A stretch of DNA of 64,000 nucleotides from SAR202 cluster bacterium bin87 (GTDB lineage Bacteria; Chloroflexota; Dehalococcoidia; Lucifugimonadales; UBA3495): the NCBI GenBank assembly GCA_002238825.1, contig MPNC01000017.1, forward strand, positions 4,324-68,323, given 5' to 3'. The translations under genes were made by a program, and so were the position numbers. The notes beneath the pieces are model-generated. The model searched no databases. It was not told where the DNA came from and worked only from the letters and a program-made list of their open reading frames with translations. Of the stretch, positions 9,586 through 18,794 are shown in pieces (the first letter of the stretch is position 1; every line of letters starts with the position of its first letter).

Positions 9586-9609
9586 GCGCGATAATTACGG
9601 TTATCGCGC
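9586..9609. promoter_or_regulatory. perfect 9-bp inverted repeat upstream of the recombinase
   Basis: GCGCGATAA-ttacgg-TTATCGCGC lies about 35-50 bp upstream of the possible starts. Confidence 0.4.
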
Positions 9610-9643
9610 ATCTTTTACCCGCCCGGATCGCCCCTGAAATCCC

Positions 9644-10627
9644 TTGACCGGAGACCCCCAGATGACCACCGCCGCCGACCATCAGATCGTCCCGCGCCAA
9701 TCCTCACCTCTCCCCGAGCTGCGGGCCGCCGACCGGGGCGTCGCTGAGTCGCTCGAGTCGGTCCTCGCCGACAACACCCGCCGGACCTACACCACCCAGT
9801 GGCGCAGCTTCACCGGCTGGTGCGACGAGGTGGGCCTCCGCTCTCTGCCCGCCGAGCCGCTCACCGTGGCTCGCTACCTGGCCGCCCGCGCGGGCTCCGG
9901 CGCCAGCATCGCCACCATCCGGCTGGCCACGTCGGCCATCTCGAAAGCGCACGAGTGGGCCAAGCTGGAATCACCCTGCCGGGACCCGGGCGTGCGCGCG
10001 TCTTTGAAAGGATGGGGGCGTAGGCTTGCCAAGCCCCAGCGCCAGTCCGGGGCTCTGACCGCCGACGTGCTCGCCGTGATCCGGCTCACCGCGGTGCAGC
10101 CTCGCAAACGCGGCCGCGGGTTCGAGACGCCCGAGCAGGCAGCGGAGCGGGGGAAGTTTGACGTGGCGCTGGTGGCGGCGCTGTCCGACGCCGGGTTGAG
10201 ACGCAGCGAGGCCGCTGCGCTGATCTGGGGCGGCGTGCAGCGCTGGGACGACGGCTCCGGCCGCATCACCGTGATTCGTTCGAAGACCGACGCCGAGGCC
10301 CAGGGCGCGGTGGTGGCCATAACCCCCGCCGCCATGGAGGCGCTTGCCGCCATCCGGCCGGCGGGGGTTGGCGGTGGCGAGAAGGTCTTCAGACTTTCGG
10401 AGTCGCAGATCGCCCGGCGGGTGAAGGCCATCGCCCAGGCCGCGGGGTTAGAGGATTGGGAGTACTTCAGCGGCCACAGCGGGCGCGTCGGCATGGCCCG
10501 GCGCATGGCCCAGAACGGCGCCCCCACCCACGAGATCGAGCGCCAGGGCCGCTGGAAACAGGGCGGCGGCATGGTCGGCCGCTACACCCGCGGCGAGACC
10601 GCCGGCTCGGCGCTCAGATACCTGTAG
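9644..10627 (+). CDS. Cre-like tyrosine recombinase (catalytic residues intact)
   Basis: 327-aa ORF. An alternative ATG at 9661 follows GGAGA. GLRRSE (Arg), RSKTD (Lys), GHSGRVG (His-x-x-Arg), GRW (Trp) and GRYTRG (Tyr) line up with the Cre catalytic set. Confidence 0.85.
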   Translation: MTGDPQMTTAADHQIVPRQSSPLPELRAADRGVAESLESVLADNTRRTYTTQWRSFTGWCDEVGLRSLPAEPLTVARYLAARAGSGASIATIRLATSAISKAHEWAKLESPCRDPGVRASLKGWGRRLAKPQRQSGALTADVLAVIRLTAVQPRKRGRGFETPEQAAERGKFDVALVAALSDAGLRRSEAAALIWGGVQRWDDGSGRITVIRSKTDAEAQGAVVAITPAAMEALAAIRPAGVGGGEKVFRLSESQIARRVKAIAQAAGLEDWEYFSGHSGRVGMARRMAQNGAPTHEIERQGRWKQGGGMVGRYTRGETAGSALRYL

Positions 10628-10656
10628 CCATGAGCAGATGGGTGTTGACCGTCCAT

Positions 10657-11322
10657 TCATAATCCGGCATCGATTGCGCCATTCATAAATTGTTGGGCAC
10701 ATTGGTAGTGCCAATTGGTTCGCAATTCAGTCCTGAACCTACGTAACTCGCACCCCGGTGTATGGGGCGGATTACTGGAATTGTAGAACACAATCTTCCG
10801 GCAATCGAAAGGCCGGGTTAGTTCACGAAATAACGGCAAATAGCTCTTGCCGCCGAAGAATACTATTGGTTCGCTGCACTCTTCGGGAATCAGGCACAAA
10901 TCCCTAAAATCTGTGCTGGCGTCTCGCCTAATCCCGGTGCCACGCTTCGCAGAGAAAGTGACGTCGTATGGTGGCGTCAGGAATTCACTATTGATCAGTC
11001 CCCAACCGGCGGAGAGGACATAGACACGGCCAGGGCCATAGGTTTCGACCAACCTGGAATAGGCCGGGTTCCGGTAAAGTTGCCATGCTGGTAGGAGACC
11101 TAATGGATTGGAACCCGGGCTTTCGTTGTAATCCAGTAACCTACGCCGCCATGATTCCCCATATTCGGATATATCGTCCGGGTGCGCGTACACATACTCC
11201 GGGTGGTGATGGTCAGGCATCTCTGCGGGTTTGGCCACGAACATAACCGGCGAGCCGTCCCCTCGCGTCAGTGAACCCGCCCCGTGTCGTTTGTCTCCAG
11301 CACACTGGATAACGAAAATCAC
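10657..11322 (-). CDS. hypothetical protein, DUF6884-like pattern
   Basis: 221-aa ORF in a lower-GC block. The pattern VIQCAGDK ... LYRNPAYSRL ... YVLSAGWGLI ... PPYDVTF resembles my recollection of DUF6884-type proteins. Confidence 0.5.
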   Translation of the reverse strand: MIFVIQCAGDKRHGAGSLTRGDGSPVMFVAKPAEMPDHHHPEYVYAHPDDISEYGESWRRRLLDYNESPGSNPLGLLPAWQLYRNPAYSRLVETYGPGRVYVLSAGWGLINSEFLTPPYDVTFSAKRGTGIRRDASTDFRDLCLIPEECSEPIVFFGGKSYLPLFRELTRPFDCRKIVFYNSSNPPHTPGCELRRFRTELRTNWHYQCAQQFMNGAIDAGL

Positions 11323-11429
11323 CGTTTCACCTCCATCGCAGCCACGGTGGGAGCCAGGGGTTTTGCCATGATCGGCTGAGAACGCCTGTCAATGCGGCCG
11401 GGCTCACATGGCCGTACAGTTGGGTCCCC

Positions 11430-11528
11430 CACGAGATCGAGCGCCGGGACCGCTGCACACAGGGTGGCAGCATGGTCGGCCACTACACCCGCGGCGAACC
11501 CGCAGGGTCCCCGCTGCGCTACCTGTAA
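11430..11528 (+). pseudogene. 3' fragment of a third Cre-like recombinase copy
   Basis: It translates to HEIERRDRCTQGGSMVGHYTRGEPAGSPLRYL*. The end of the 9644-10627 product reads HEIERQGRWKQGGGMVGRYTRGETAGSALRYL*. Confidence 0.85.
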
Positions 11529-11585
11529 TGTCGGTAACGCTAAAACGAGCAGCGTTCTCTACCGCGCTTTCGTTATGTAATGCCC

Positions 11586-11945
11586 TCAGCTGCTCGCCCG
11601 TGGGTTTGAGTCGGCTGCCTTGAGTTCATACCAAGTGAGACCACCTCCCTCCTGCTTCGCTTCAAGCCACCGCTGCAACCATCTCGGGCTCTCTCCAGAT
11701 CGTCGCCCAGCCAGCAGCCCTTCCACGCTGATGTCCTCATCCAAGTCGGGCCAATGAAGATGTTGTCCACCGGCGTGAATCTCCCAGTTATCCCGCTCCT
11801 CAGGCGTCGCGTACACCAAACGAGGATACCAATCCAGCGGCACGGATATGGTACGACCGTCCATCAGGTCGGCGGTCAACGTGTCCTCGCTAACGGCAAT
11901 GGCGATGGCAGCCGGTGCCGCCAGTTCAACCGCTGAAGTGGTCAT
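11586..11945 (-). CDS. DUF2442 domain protein
   Basis: Internal start MTTSAVEL at 11945. It has the HLHWPDLDEDISVEGLL signature and overlaps the DUF4160 stop by 20 nt. Confidence 0.65.
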   Translation of the reverse strand: MTTSAVELAAPAAIAIAVSEDTLTADLMDGRTISVPLDWYPRLVYATPEERDNWEIHAGGQHLHWPDLDEDISVEGLLAGRRSGESPRWLQRWLEAKQEGGGLTWYELKAADSNPRASS

Positions 11946-12162
11946 GCCAAGCCTCCAAAAATAACGCTTGATTCCGTTCGACGATGCTCCCGATACGGCG
12001 TATTTCCGTTCTGCTGAAATTGCCGCTGTTCTGCAACTCGACCGGATGCAACCAGAATTTGGCGAAAGCGTTGTCGCGCCTGATGTGTACATGCGGCGGT
12101 TCATTCCGATCGCCCGATACGAAGTAGAATCGGAACGGACCTTCTCTCAATATCGTCGGCAT
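11926..12162 (-). CDS. DUF4160 domain protein
   Basis: 78-aa ORF with the EPPHVHI signature. Confidence 0.7.
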   Translation of the reverse strand: MPTILREGPFRFYFVSGDRNEPPHVHIRRDNAFAKFWLHPVELQNSGNFSRTEIRRIGSIVERNQALFLEAWHDHFSG

Positions 12163-12679
12163 CGCTGTCTTAGTATTTTACTGCATGGCATTCTGATTTC
12201 TCCAACTTTAACGTTGCCAGCGAGCGGAGCGGCGAAAACCACCGTGATACTGACGCCCGCGCGGTACATTTTCTCTCCGCCTTTTACAGAACACGTACCT
12301 GCGCCCGAAAATTGGTATCAAGAACGCTTTGGATCGCTGAAACCACACGTACGAACGACCGTCATGAATTCCGTCTCATTCGCCCTGCGGTCGCACCGCA
12401 ATAACGACGGATTTCAATCGTGCACGGATGCGGATGTCGTAATGCGAGAGCCGGAAGTTTGGGAGGCGAAAATCGCAATCGGTCCGGTCCCAGGATCTCC
12501 CGAACAAAACAGTTTACGTAACAAATCTTGCGTGAATCAATGGAGGTATCAAAATAGGGGAGATTGTTGCAGGCGACCGCATCCCTGAGTCATTTGGGCG
12601 CGCTTGCCACTTACTCCGCGAACATCCCCAAACGTTCAGGTAGTGACGACGTGTTATGTTGTTTCATCAGCTTGACCTA

Positions 12680-13654
12680 TCAATTGGATTGTCCGACCGG
12701 TAAGCTGAACTCAAGGATTTTGGTCGCTTTTTTGTCTAGATCGTCTTCTTTCGTTTCCGATTCACCAGGTTCCAAGACCGCTAAGCCTACATCTGTAGAT
12801 TCTGTCACGGTGGCCTTCTCGAAAGGCCTCATGCCTCTGCCTATCCGGATTACGTTTTGGTCGAACCGTATATGCCTGTCATGTGCATACACCCTGAAAT
12901 CAGATTCTCTAAATAGACGAACGGTCACGGATGCGATTCGGTTACCATTGAGACGGTAGAATGCCGCTTCGATCGCATTCTGTATCGTATGGAGGGACCC
13001 GTTTCGGCCGGGAGACGAATAAAGCGTGATTTCGCAACCTTCAGAATCACGGTCGCAAAAATTCAGCAAGCTAATCACACCGTCTATGTTGTTATTTTGC
13101 ACCGCATACTGATCCACGACCACGATCACATTGGCATGGCTCGCAAGCCGTTGAAAGCGTTGCGTCCAAATATCCTCCCTCAATTCGCCCTGCTCGATAG
13201 GCTTTGCACTAAGGGTCTCACAATGGCCGAATCGCAAGGACGCATCTATATCCCAGAGCCTGACACCCTCCACGGATCCCAGACACATACTCTCGCCGTC
13301 TGGGATTCCCAAAATCGTGGCTTGACCATCTCCCAAGAGAGCGACCTCAAATTTTTCGTCTGGCACGGTCAGCGCATCAGCGGTTACCAGATTGTTCCAG
13401 TCGAACGCGCTTTCATCGGTGGGAATCCAGCGGTAACGGTTGCCGTTGTTCTTTGCTACGCTGGACCAAGCCACGGTCCACAATTTACGCGCACGAGGAT
13501 TAAGTTCATGTAACCTCGCGATTATCGAACGATCGCTGCGCGCAGGGCAAGTCAAAATGCCGAACCGTTCCCAATTGACCAGCAGTCGTTTGACATGGCT
13601 TGGCGTTGCAGAATTGTTTATGGCTTGCGATTGAATCGCGAATGTCACGAGCAT
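12680..13654 (-). CDS. hypothetical protein, partner of the upstream ATPase
   Basis: 324-aa ORF. Its ATG lies 14 nt after the ATPase stop and is preceded by GGGAG. The region is lower-GC. I recognise no motif. Confidence 0.6.
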   Translation of the reverse strand: MLVTFAIQSQAINNSATPSHVKRLLVNWERFGILTCPARSDRSIIARLHELNPRARKLWTVAWSSVAKNNGNRYRWIPTDESAFDWNNLVTADALTVPDEKFEVALLGDGQATILGIPDGESMCLGSVEGVRLWDIDASLRFGHCETLSAKPIEQGELREDIWTQRFQRLASHANVIVVVDQYAVQNNNIDGVISLLNFCDRDSEGCEITLYSSPGRNGSLHTIQNAIEAAFYRLNGNRIASVTVRLFRESDFRVYAHDRHIRFDQNVIRIGRGMRPFEKATVTESTDVGLAVLEPGESETKEDDLDKKATKILEFSLPVGQSN

Positions 13655-13668
13655 ATTCCACTCCCAAT

Positions 13669-15237
13669 CTAGGCCATTAACTCTTCGAAGCCTTCCTCAA
13701 AGAATCCGCCGGGCCATGGGTCTATGAAGTCCCCATTCTCATCAAGGCGGAGTTGGGTAATAGCACTTCCTTCGGTGTCGGAGGCATTAGGATCCACGTA
13801 CAGGACGGACACGTCCGAATGTTTCAATTTACCTTCTCTGATGCCTCTCTGAATTCGGAGGATTATGAGTTCACTATGAGTTTCTATGATCCATTGCTTT
13901 TCTGATCTCCCAGAAATGGTTTCAATGAATAAGTCTGCCAAGTTAGCTTGCAACTTGGGGTGCAGGTGAATCTCTGGCTGTTCGACACACAATATCCGGC
14001 CTTCAACGCCCGTAAAGAAATCAACTCCCTCCACTATCACCGGTAGAATCTGGTTTATGCCAAATCCAACGTCTGGCAACGTTACGGCCGTGCCAGACTC
14101 GCGTTCGACGAGTACGACTGCAACGTGCTCCCCAGATACGGCTATATCGCCTACCTTGTGAATAGCCATTTGATATGGGATGCGGAACTCGTGAAACCAA
14201 TTGTTCACCAGACGAATGAGACCTGGTTGGTAATACAACCTATGGTGAGTGAATTCGCCACGCAGGCCCGAAAAAAAGGTGTCCACGCCAGGAATCTTAT
14301 AAAGTCTTTCGGGATAACTCCTTAACGGCCCCAAATACCTTACTGCACTCAATTGCGCCGAAAAAGATGATGGGATATTTTTCAGTTCTAGGATTTCCTC
14401 CCAGTTCAACCGCTCATCTATTGATTGGAGAAGTACCTCGTCAGGGTCACGAGCCAAAGCCCTCGCATTTGCACGTGCTCGGGGCAGGTCTCTATCCAAT
14501 GGGAACAGTTCGTTCAATTGTTGCTCTGACATTTGCTCCAATTCTTCGTATTGGCGTAACGTATTGTTGGTTTCCAACACCCTTTCCCTTCCTCTTTCCC
14601 GAACGAGGCCTTGTTCGCGTTCGGGTAGGAGCGGCTCGTCGCGTTCCAGGAGCTTCTCAATTTCCAATAGTTTGAGCTGTGGCACAAATTGCCTGTCGTG
14701 AGCAAAATCCAAAATCTTGGTATGGTAGGTAACGTCCGGGGTTGACACCGAGGCGTGCCACCAACTCCCTATATCATTGGTCAATTCAGTTGAAATGAGT
14801 CTCTGTCCATCCCGCGTCACCTCATAAGTAGCTGTCGTCAATATCCCTGAATCCTCTAATTGTTCGTCACCTTTCTCGTCGAAGTCCGACACGCTGTCGA
14901 AAGCCAAACGAACGTTTAGATGATTTCCTCTGCTGTCGAATTTCAAGCTCAGAGCGAGTTGGTTGTCCAAGTTGTGCCGGTGAAGCAAAGCCGGGTAACT
15001 GCCCAAGTCTATGTATTCTCCTCTTGTTACTAGCCCCCAAATTGTGGAGGCGTTTCCTGCTTCCAGCGCCGACTGCTTGAGCATCAAGATCGCCTGTATG
15101 ATCGAGCTCTTTCCGCCAGAATTGGGCCCGTAAATGAGGGTGATTTTTGACATCGGTGCTTTCTGTTCTACGTCGCCAAACGCTTTGAAATTCCTGATAC
15201 CGACTTCCAACAGCATTGAGTGCCCCCGGGTTCGCAT
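13669..15237 (-). CDS. AAA15/AAA21-type (ABC-like) ATPase with a DUF3696-like C-terminus
   Basis: 522-aa ORF, with an alternative start MLLEVGIRNFKAF at 15216. It has Walker A GPNSGGKSS, a Walker B/D-loop-like ILCVEQPEIHLHP, an H-loop-like IIETHSE, and the C-terminal LDENGDFIDPWPGGFFEE. Confidence 0.75.
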   Translation of the reverse strand: MRTRGHSMLLEVGIRNFKAFGDVEQKAPMSKITLIYGPNSGGKSSIIQAILMLKQSALEAGNASTIWGLVTRGEYIDLGSYPALLHRHNLDNQLALSLKFDSRGNHLNVRLAFDSVSDFDEKGDEQLEDSGILTTATYEVTRDGQRLISTELTNDIGSWWHASVSTPDVTYHTKILDFAHDRQFVPQLKLLEIEKLLERDEPLLPEREQGLVRERGRERVLETNNTLRQYEELEQMSEQQLNELFPLDRDLPRARANARALARDPDEVLLQSIDERLNWEEILELKNIPSSFSAQLSAVRYLGPLRSYPERLYKIPGVDTFFSGLRGEFTHHRLYYQPGLIRLVNNWFHEFRIPYQMAIHKVGDIAVSGEHVAVVLVERESGTAVTLPDVGFGINQILPVIVEGVDFFTGVEGRILCVEQPEIHLHPKLQANLADLFIETISGRSEKQWIIETHSELIILRIQRGIREGKLKHSDVSVLYVDPNASDTEGSAITQLRLDENGDFIDPWPGGFFEEGFEELMA

Positions 15238-15469
15238 GTGTTCTGTCTAAGCGTGTTTACGTTACTCTCGATCGCCAGAATAGATCATGGGACTCTGCGT
15301 ATGCAGGGATAGGCCGCCAAAGGAAACACCAGAAAACTGAAGGACCCTGGGTTGATGTAGCACCCGGCTCCTTCTCGTCATTGTAGATGGTGCCTGCAGT
15401 GATCGACCGCAATCGATTACGAAAAAGCGAGCAACCCCAATTGGCAAACAACGGGTTTCTGATAGCCTG

Positions 15470-16969
15470 TCATGCCTCTCCAAACACCAATGGAACCTCC
15501 GCTCCCAAATCCGCCGCCATCTCCTCCAACTGTTCCAGCGCGGCGCGCAGGTCCTCCATGATCTCCTCGGCGATGACGTCGGGCGGTGGCAGGTTTTCGG
15601 AATCTTCCAGGCTCTCGTCGCGTAGCCAGAAGATGTCCAGGTTGGCCTTGTCCCGCTGGGTCAGCTCGTCGTAGGTGAAGCGGCGGAACCGCTCGGACTC
15701 CTCCCGCTGCGTCCGATCGTCGGCGCAGTAGCAGGACACGAAGTCGTCCAGGTGCGCCCGGGTCAGCGGGTTGGTTTTCAGCGTGAAGTGCTGGTTGGTG
15801 CGCAGATCGTAGATCCACAGCTCCCGCGTCCACGGCGTCTCGCTGGCCGGCCTGCGGTCGAAGAACAGCACGTTGGCCTTGACCCCCTGGGCGTAGAACA
15901 CGCCGGTGGGCAGCCGCAGCAGGGTGTGTGCGTCGCATTCATCGAGTAGCTTTCGGCGGATGGTCTCGCCGGCGCCGCCCTCGAACAGCACGTTGTCGGG
16001 CAGCACGATGGCCGCGCTGCCGTTCATATTCAGCAGCGTGCGGACGTGCTGCAGGAAGCTCAGCTGCCGGTTGCTGGTGGTGGCCCAGAAGTCGGGGCGC
16101 TCCACCGTCAGGCTCTGCCGCTCCGTCCGGCCCTCCTCGTTGACAAAGGTCAGCGTGGACGTGCGGCCGAAAGGCGGGTTGGTCAGCACCATGTCGTAGT
16201 TGACGCTGGTCGGCGCGCGCAGGCTGTCGTCAACCCTGATGTTGGTGCGGTCACCGCCGATGCCGTGCAGGTACAGGTTCATCACGCCCAGCCGCGCCGC
16301 GCTGTCCACGATCTCCCAGCCGTGCAGCGCGTCGTTGCGCAGAAAGTCCGACTGCTCACGGTTCATGGTCGGATGATGCTGGACGATATAGTCGTGGGCG
16401 GCCAGCAGGAACCCGCCGGTGCCGCAGGCCGGGTCGCAGATGGTCGTGCCCGTTCCGGGCCGCATAACGTCCACAATGGCCTGGATCAGCGGGCGCGGCG
16501 TGAAGTACTGGCCGGCGCCGGTCTTCACGTCCTGGGCGTTGCGCTCCAGCAGCGACTCGTAGGCGTCGCCCTTCACGTCAGCGCTGAGGCCGTGCCAGTT
16601 CTCGCTGTCGATGAGCTCCTTGACCAGCCGGGTCAGCATGGCCGGTTCCTGGATGCGGCTCTGGGCCTTGCCGAAGATCACCCCCAGCGTGCCCGGCTGG
16701 TGGGACAGGGTTTCCAGGATGTAGCGATAGTGGATTTCCAGCTCCGCGCCGTCCCGGGCCAGCAGGCTGGGCCAGTCGCAGCCCACGGGGATGGGCGGCG
16801 GCTGGTAGTCGGGCAGAATGGTGAAGGGCGGCTGGGTGCGCTCGTGCATCATCTTGAGGAAGATGAGATAGGTGAGCTGCTCCAGGTAGTCGCCGTAGGA
16901 CAGGCCGGCGTTGCGCAGCACGTCGCAGTAGTTCCACAGCTTCTGGCCGATAGATGATGCAGTGGTCAT
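15470..16969 (-). CDS. hsdM: type I R-M N6-adenine DNA methyltransferase subunit
   Basis: Internal start MTTASSIGQKLWNYCDVLR at 16969. It has the HsdM N-terminal domain, the AdoMet motif DPACGTGGFL and the catalytic NPPFG. Its ATG overlaps the hsdS stop (ATGA). Confidence 0.9.
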   Translation of the reverse strand: MTTASSIGQKLWNYCDVLRNAGLSYGDYLEQLTYLIFLKMMHERTQPPFTILPDYQPPPIPVGCDWPSLLARDGAELEIHYRYILETLSHQPGTLGVIFGKAQSRIQEPAMLTRLVKELIDSENWHGLSADVKGDAYESLLERNAQDVKTGAGQYFTPRPLIQAIVDVMRPGTGTTICDPACGTGGFLLAAHDYIVQHHPTMNREQSDFLRNDALHGWEIVDSAARLGVMNLYLHGIGGDRTNIRVDDSLRAPTSVNYDMVLTNPPFGRTSTLTFVNEEGRTERQSLTVERPDFWATTSNRQLSFLQHVRTLLNMNGSAAIVLPDNVLFEGGAGETIRRKLLDECDAHTLLRLPTGVFYAQGVKANVLFFDRRPASETPWTRELWIYDLRTNQHFTLKTNPLTRAHLDDFVSCYCADDRTQREESERFRRFTYDELTQRDKANLDIFWLRDESLEDSENLPPPDVIAEEIMEDLRAALEQLEEMAADLGAEVPLVFGEA

Positions 16970-18540
16970 GCGGATGCCTCTTCGAGAGCTAGTTGCGGCG
17001 GCACCTTTTGGACCCGCCGCCGGCGCGACGGCTGTTTTTTGCTTGCGGATGCCGCCGCCTGCTCCGCCTCCCGCTGGGCGCGGATGCGTTCCAGCAGGAC
17101 CGACGCCGGCTCGTCGTCGGGATCCTGGGGCACCAGCTGGCCGGCGAAGGCGCGCTTGAGGATGCTCTGGCGTAGCCGCTCGGCTCGTTGCAGGCTGGCC
17201 TCCACCGCCGCCGCCGCCTGCTGGATTACCGACAGCCGCCGTTCCACCTCCGCTACGATGCGGCGCTGATCCGCGAGGGGCGGAATCCCAACGACCCATG
17301 TTTCGGCTCGCTGTGCGCCCAAGTGATGGATACCTACGCCTCTGGCCGCACGACCCAGCGCCCCTGACCGCGCATCGGATAACAGGTGATAAAACAGATA
17401 AGGGATTACATCAGATGCTACCCTGACACGTATCAACGTGTTCTGAAAACAACAGCCGTCTACTTCGCTGTTCCAGACTGCGGGTTTACCTACCTCGTCT
17501 GCGGTTCCCGATGCTTCGGAAAGTAAAATATCACCGGTCAACAATCCGTAGGTTTCGTATTCCGCCGACGTGAAGTCCATCTCTTTGACGTCTGATAGGT
17601 CTAGGCCGTCCCATGTGACGTTAGCCGCCCGCATATAGGGGCGCATGTTTGGTCCGGTGGCTCGTTTAGGCGACCGTTGCCGGCCCAACCGCACCTCACC
17701 GAGCTGAGCTAGAGTTGCCCACCCCCACCCTTCCGGCAACGGTGGCAGGTCGGACGTGTCAGGCGCGGCCGGCTCCTTGTACTTGCCCCGCCGTTTCTCC
17801 TGGGTCTGCCAGCGCGACCGCCTTTCCGCCAAGATGCGCTCCAGCAGGACATCGGCCGGCTCGTACTCCCGAGCCTCGGCGCGGGCCAGTTCTGCCTCGG
17901 TGGGCACCAGCTCGCCGGAGCACGCTGCCCGCAGGACGCTGGCCCGGTAGCGTTTCAGGTTCGCCTGCGTCCGCCGCAGCGCCGCCACCGACGCATCCAG
18001 GCGCGTGAACTGCTTCTCAATCTCCGCCACGATGCGACGCTGTTCGGGGAAGGGCGGGAGTGGAAATATGGCATCGCTCAGAAAACCGGGAGGCACACGC
18101 AGTTGCCCCGCCGTGCCCGCCATATTCCTCTGTGCTTCTTTACGAAACTCTTCTCGCAACAAAAAATACGCCAAGTATTCGTTGGAAAGCGCATCCGACG
18201 CACGCACCACGTGGAACTCAGTAGATCCGCAACCTGAACCATTGGTTAGACCCTTCGCTATCGCAATCTTCCCGTTTTCCATGCACGGGGTAATCTTGGC
18301 GAACAGTACGTCGCCCTCTGAAAACCGTGTGTAACCCTTGCGAACCTCGCTGTACTTCCTCACCTGCGAAGCATCCATCAGGCCAGTGCCGGCCTCTACA
18401 GCCGCCATCGGGACGAAAGATATGGGACAGTCGCCAACGATAGGATTCGTGAACGTCCGCGGGTTAACGGCGCATACGTCGGCAAGGGCGGCAGCCGACC
18501 ATCCTCGAGGCAGATCTCGTTGTTGAGAATTCAGTGTCAT
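16966..18540 (-). CDS. hsdS: type I R-M specificity subunit
   Basis: Internal start MTLNSQQRDLPRGW at 18540. There are two target-recognition domains, each followed by a conserved helix (FPEQRRIVAEIEKQF / LADQRRIVAEVERRL). Confidence 0.85.
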   Translation of the reverse strand: MTLNSQQRDLPRGWSAAALADVCAVNPRTFTNPIVGDCPISFVPMAAVEAGTGLMDASQVRKYSEVRKGYTRFSEGDVLFAKITPCMENGKIAIAKGLTNGSGCGSTEFHVVRASDALSNEYLAYFLLREEFRKEAQRNMAGTAGQLRVPPGFLSDAIFPLPPFPEQRRIVAEIEKQFTRLDASVAALRRTQANLKRYRASVLRAACSGELVPTEAELARAEAREYEPADVLLERILAERRSRWQTQEKRRGKYKEPAAPDTSDLPPLPEGWGWATLAQLGEVRLGRQRSPKRATGPNMRPYMRAANVTWDGLDLSDVKEMDFTSAEYETYGLLTGDILLSEASGTADEVGKPAVWNSEVDGCCFQNTLIRVRVASDVIPYLFYHLLSDARSGALGRAARGVGIHHLGAQRAETWVVGIPPLADQRRIVAEVERRLSVIQQAAAAVEASLQRAERLRQSILKRAFAGQLVPQDPDDEPASVLLERIRAQREAEQAAASASKKQPSRRRRVQKVPPQLALEEASA

Positions 18541-18563
18541 CGACCGGTCTAAACGACGGCTCG

Positions 18564-18794
18564 TTACGACACGAAAGGCGCCGGGGCTGGTACTTCTACT
18601 TCCACCGCGGCGCACGTCGCTTTGGGGATGGGGTCTCCGTCCTCAACCATGCCTTCCAGGTGGAAGACGGCAGCCTCCTGGATGAGGTCCCGGGTTTCCT
18701 CAAAGGTATCGGCGGCCGCAATGCAGCCTGGTATGTCGGGCAGATGCGCCGAATACCCGTTGCCGGTTTTGACGATAAGCGCCACGTATTTCAT
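18564..18794 (-). CDS. hicB: HicB-family antitoxin
   Basis: Start MKYVALIVKTGNGYSAHLPDIPGC. Its ATG overlaps the hicA stop (ATGA). Confidence 0.75.
   Translation of the reverse strand: MKYVALIVKTGNGYSAHLPDIPGCIAAADTFEETRDLIQEAAVFHLEGMVEDGDPIPKATCAAVEVEVPAPAPFVS

Noticed and set aside
11968-12588. 206-aa plus-strand ORF
   Set aside because: Its 5' half is antisense to the DUF4160 gene and the rest crosses a low-GC spacer. There is no RBS or motif.
16046-16957. 303-aa plus-strand ORF (and 15417-15938, 15906-16199) inside hsdM
   Set aside because: These are antisense shadow ORFs typical of high-GC coding regions. Their products are R/A/G/V-rich with no motifs, while the minus-strand frame has clear HsdM motifs.
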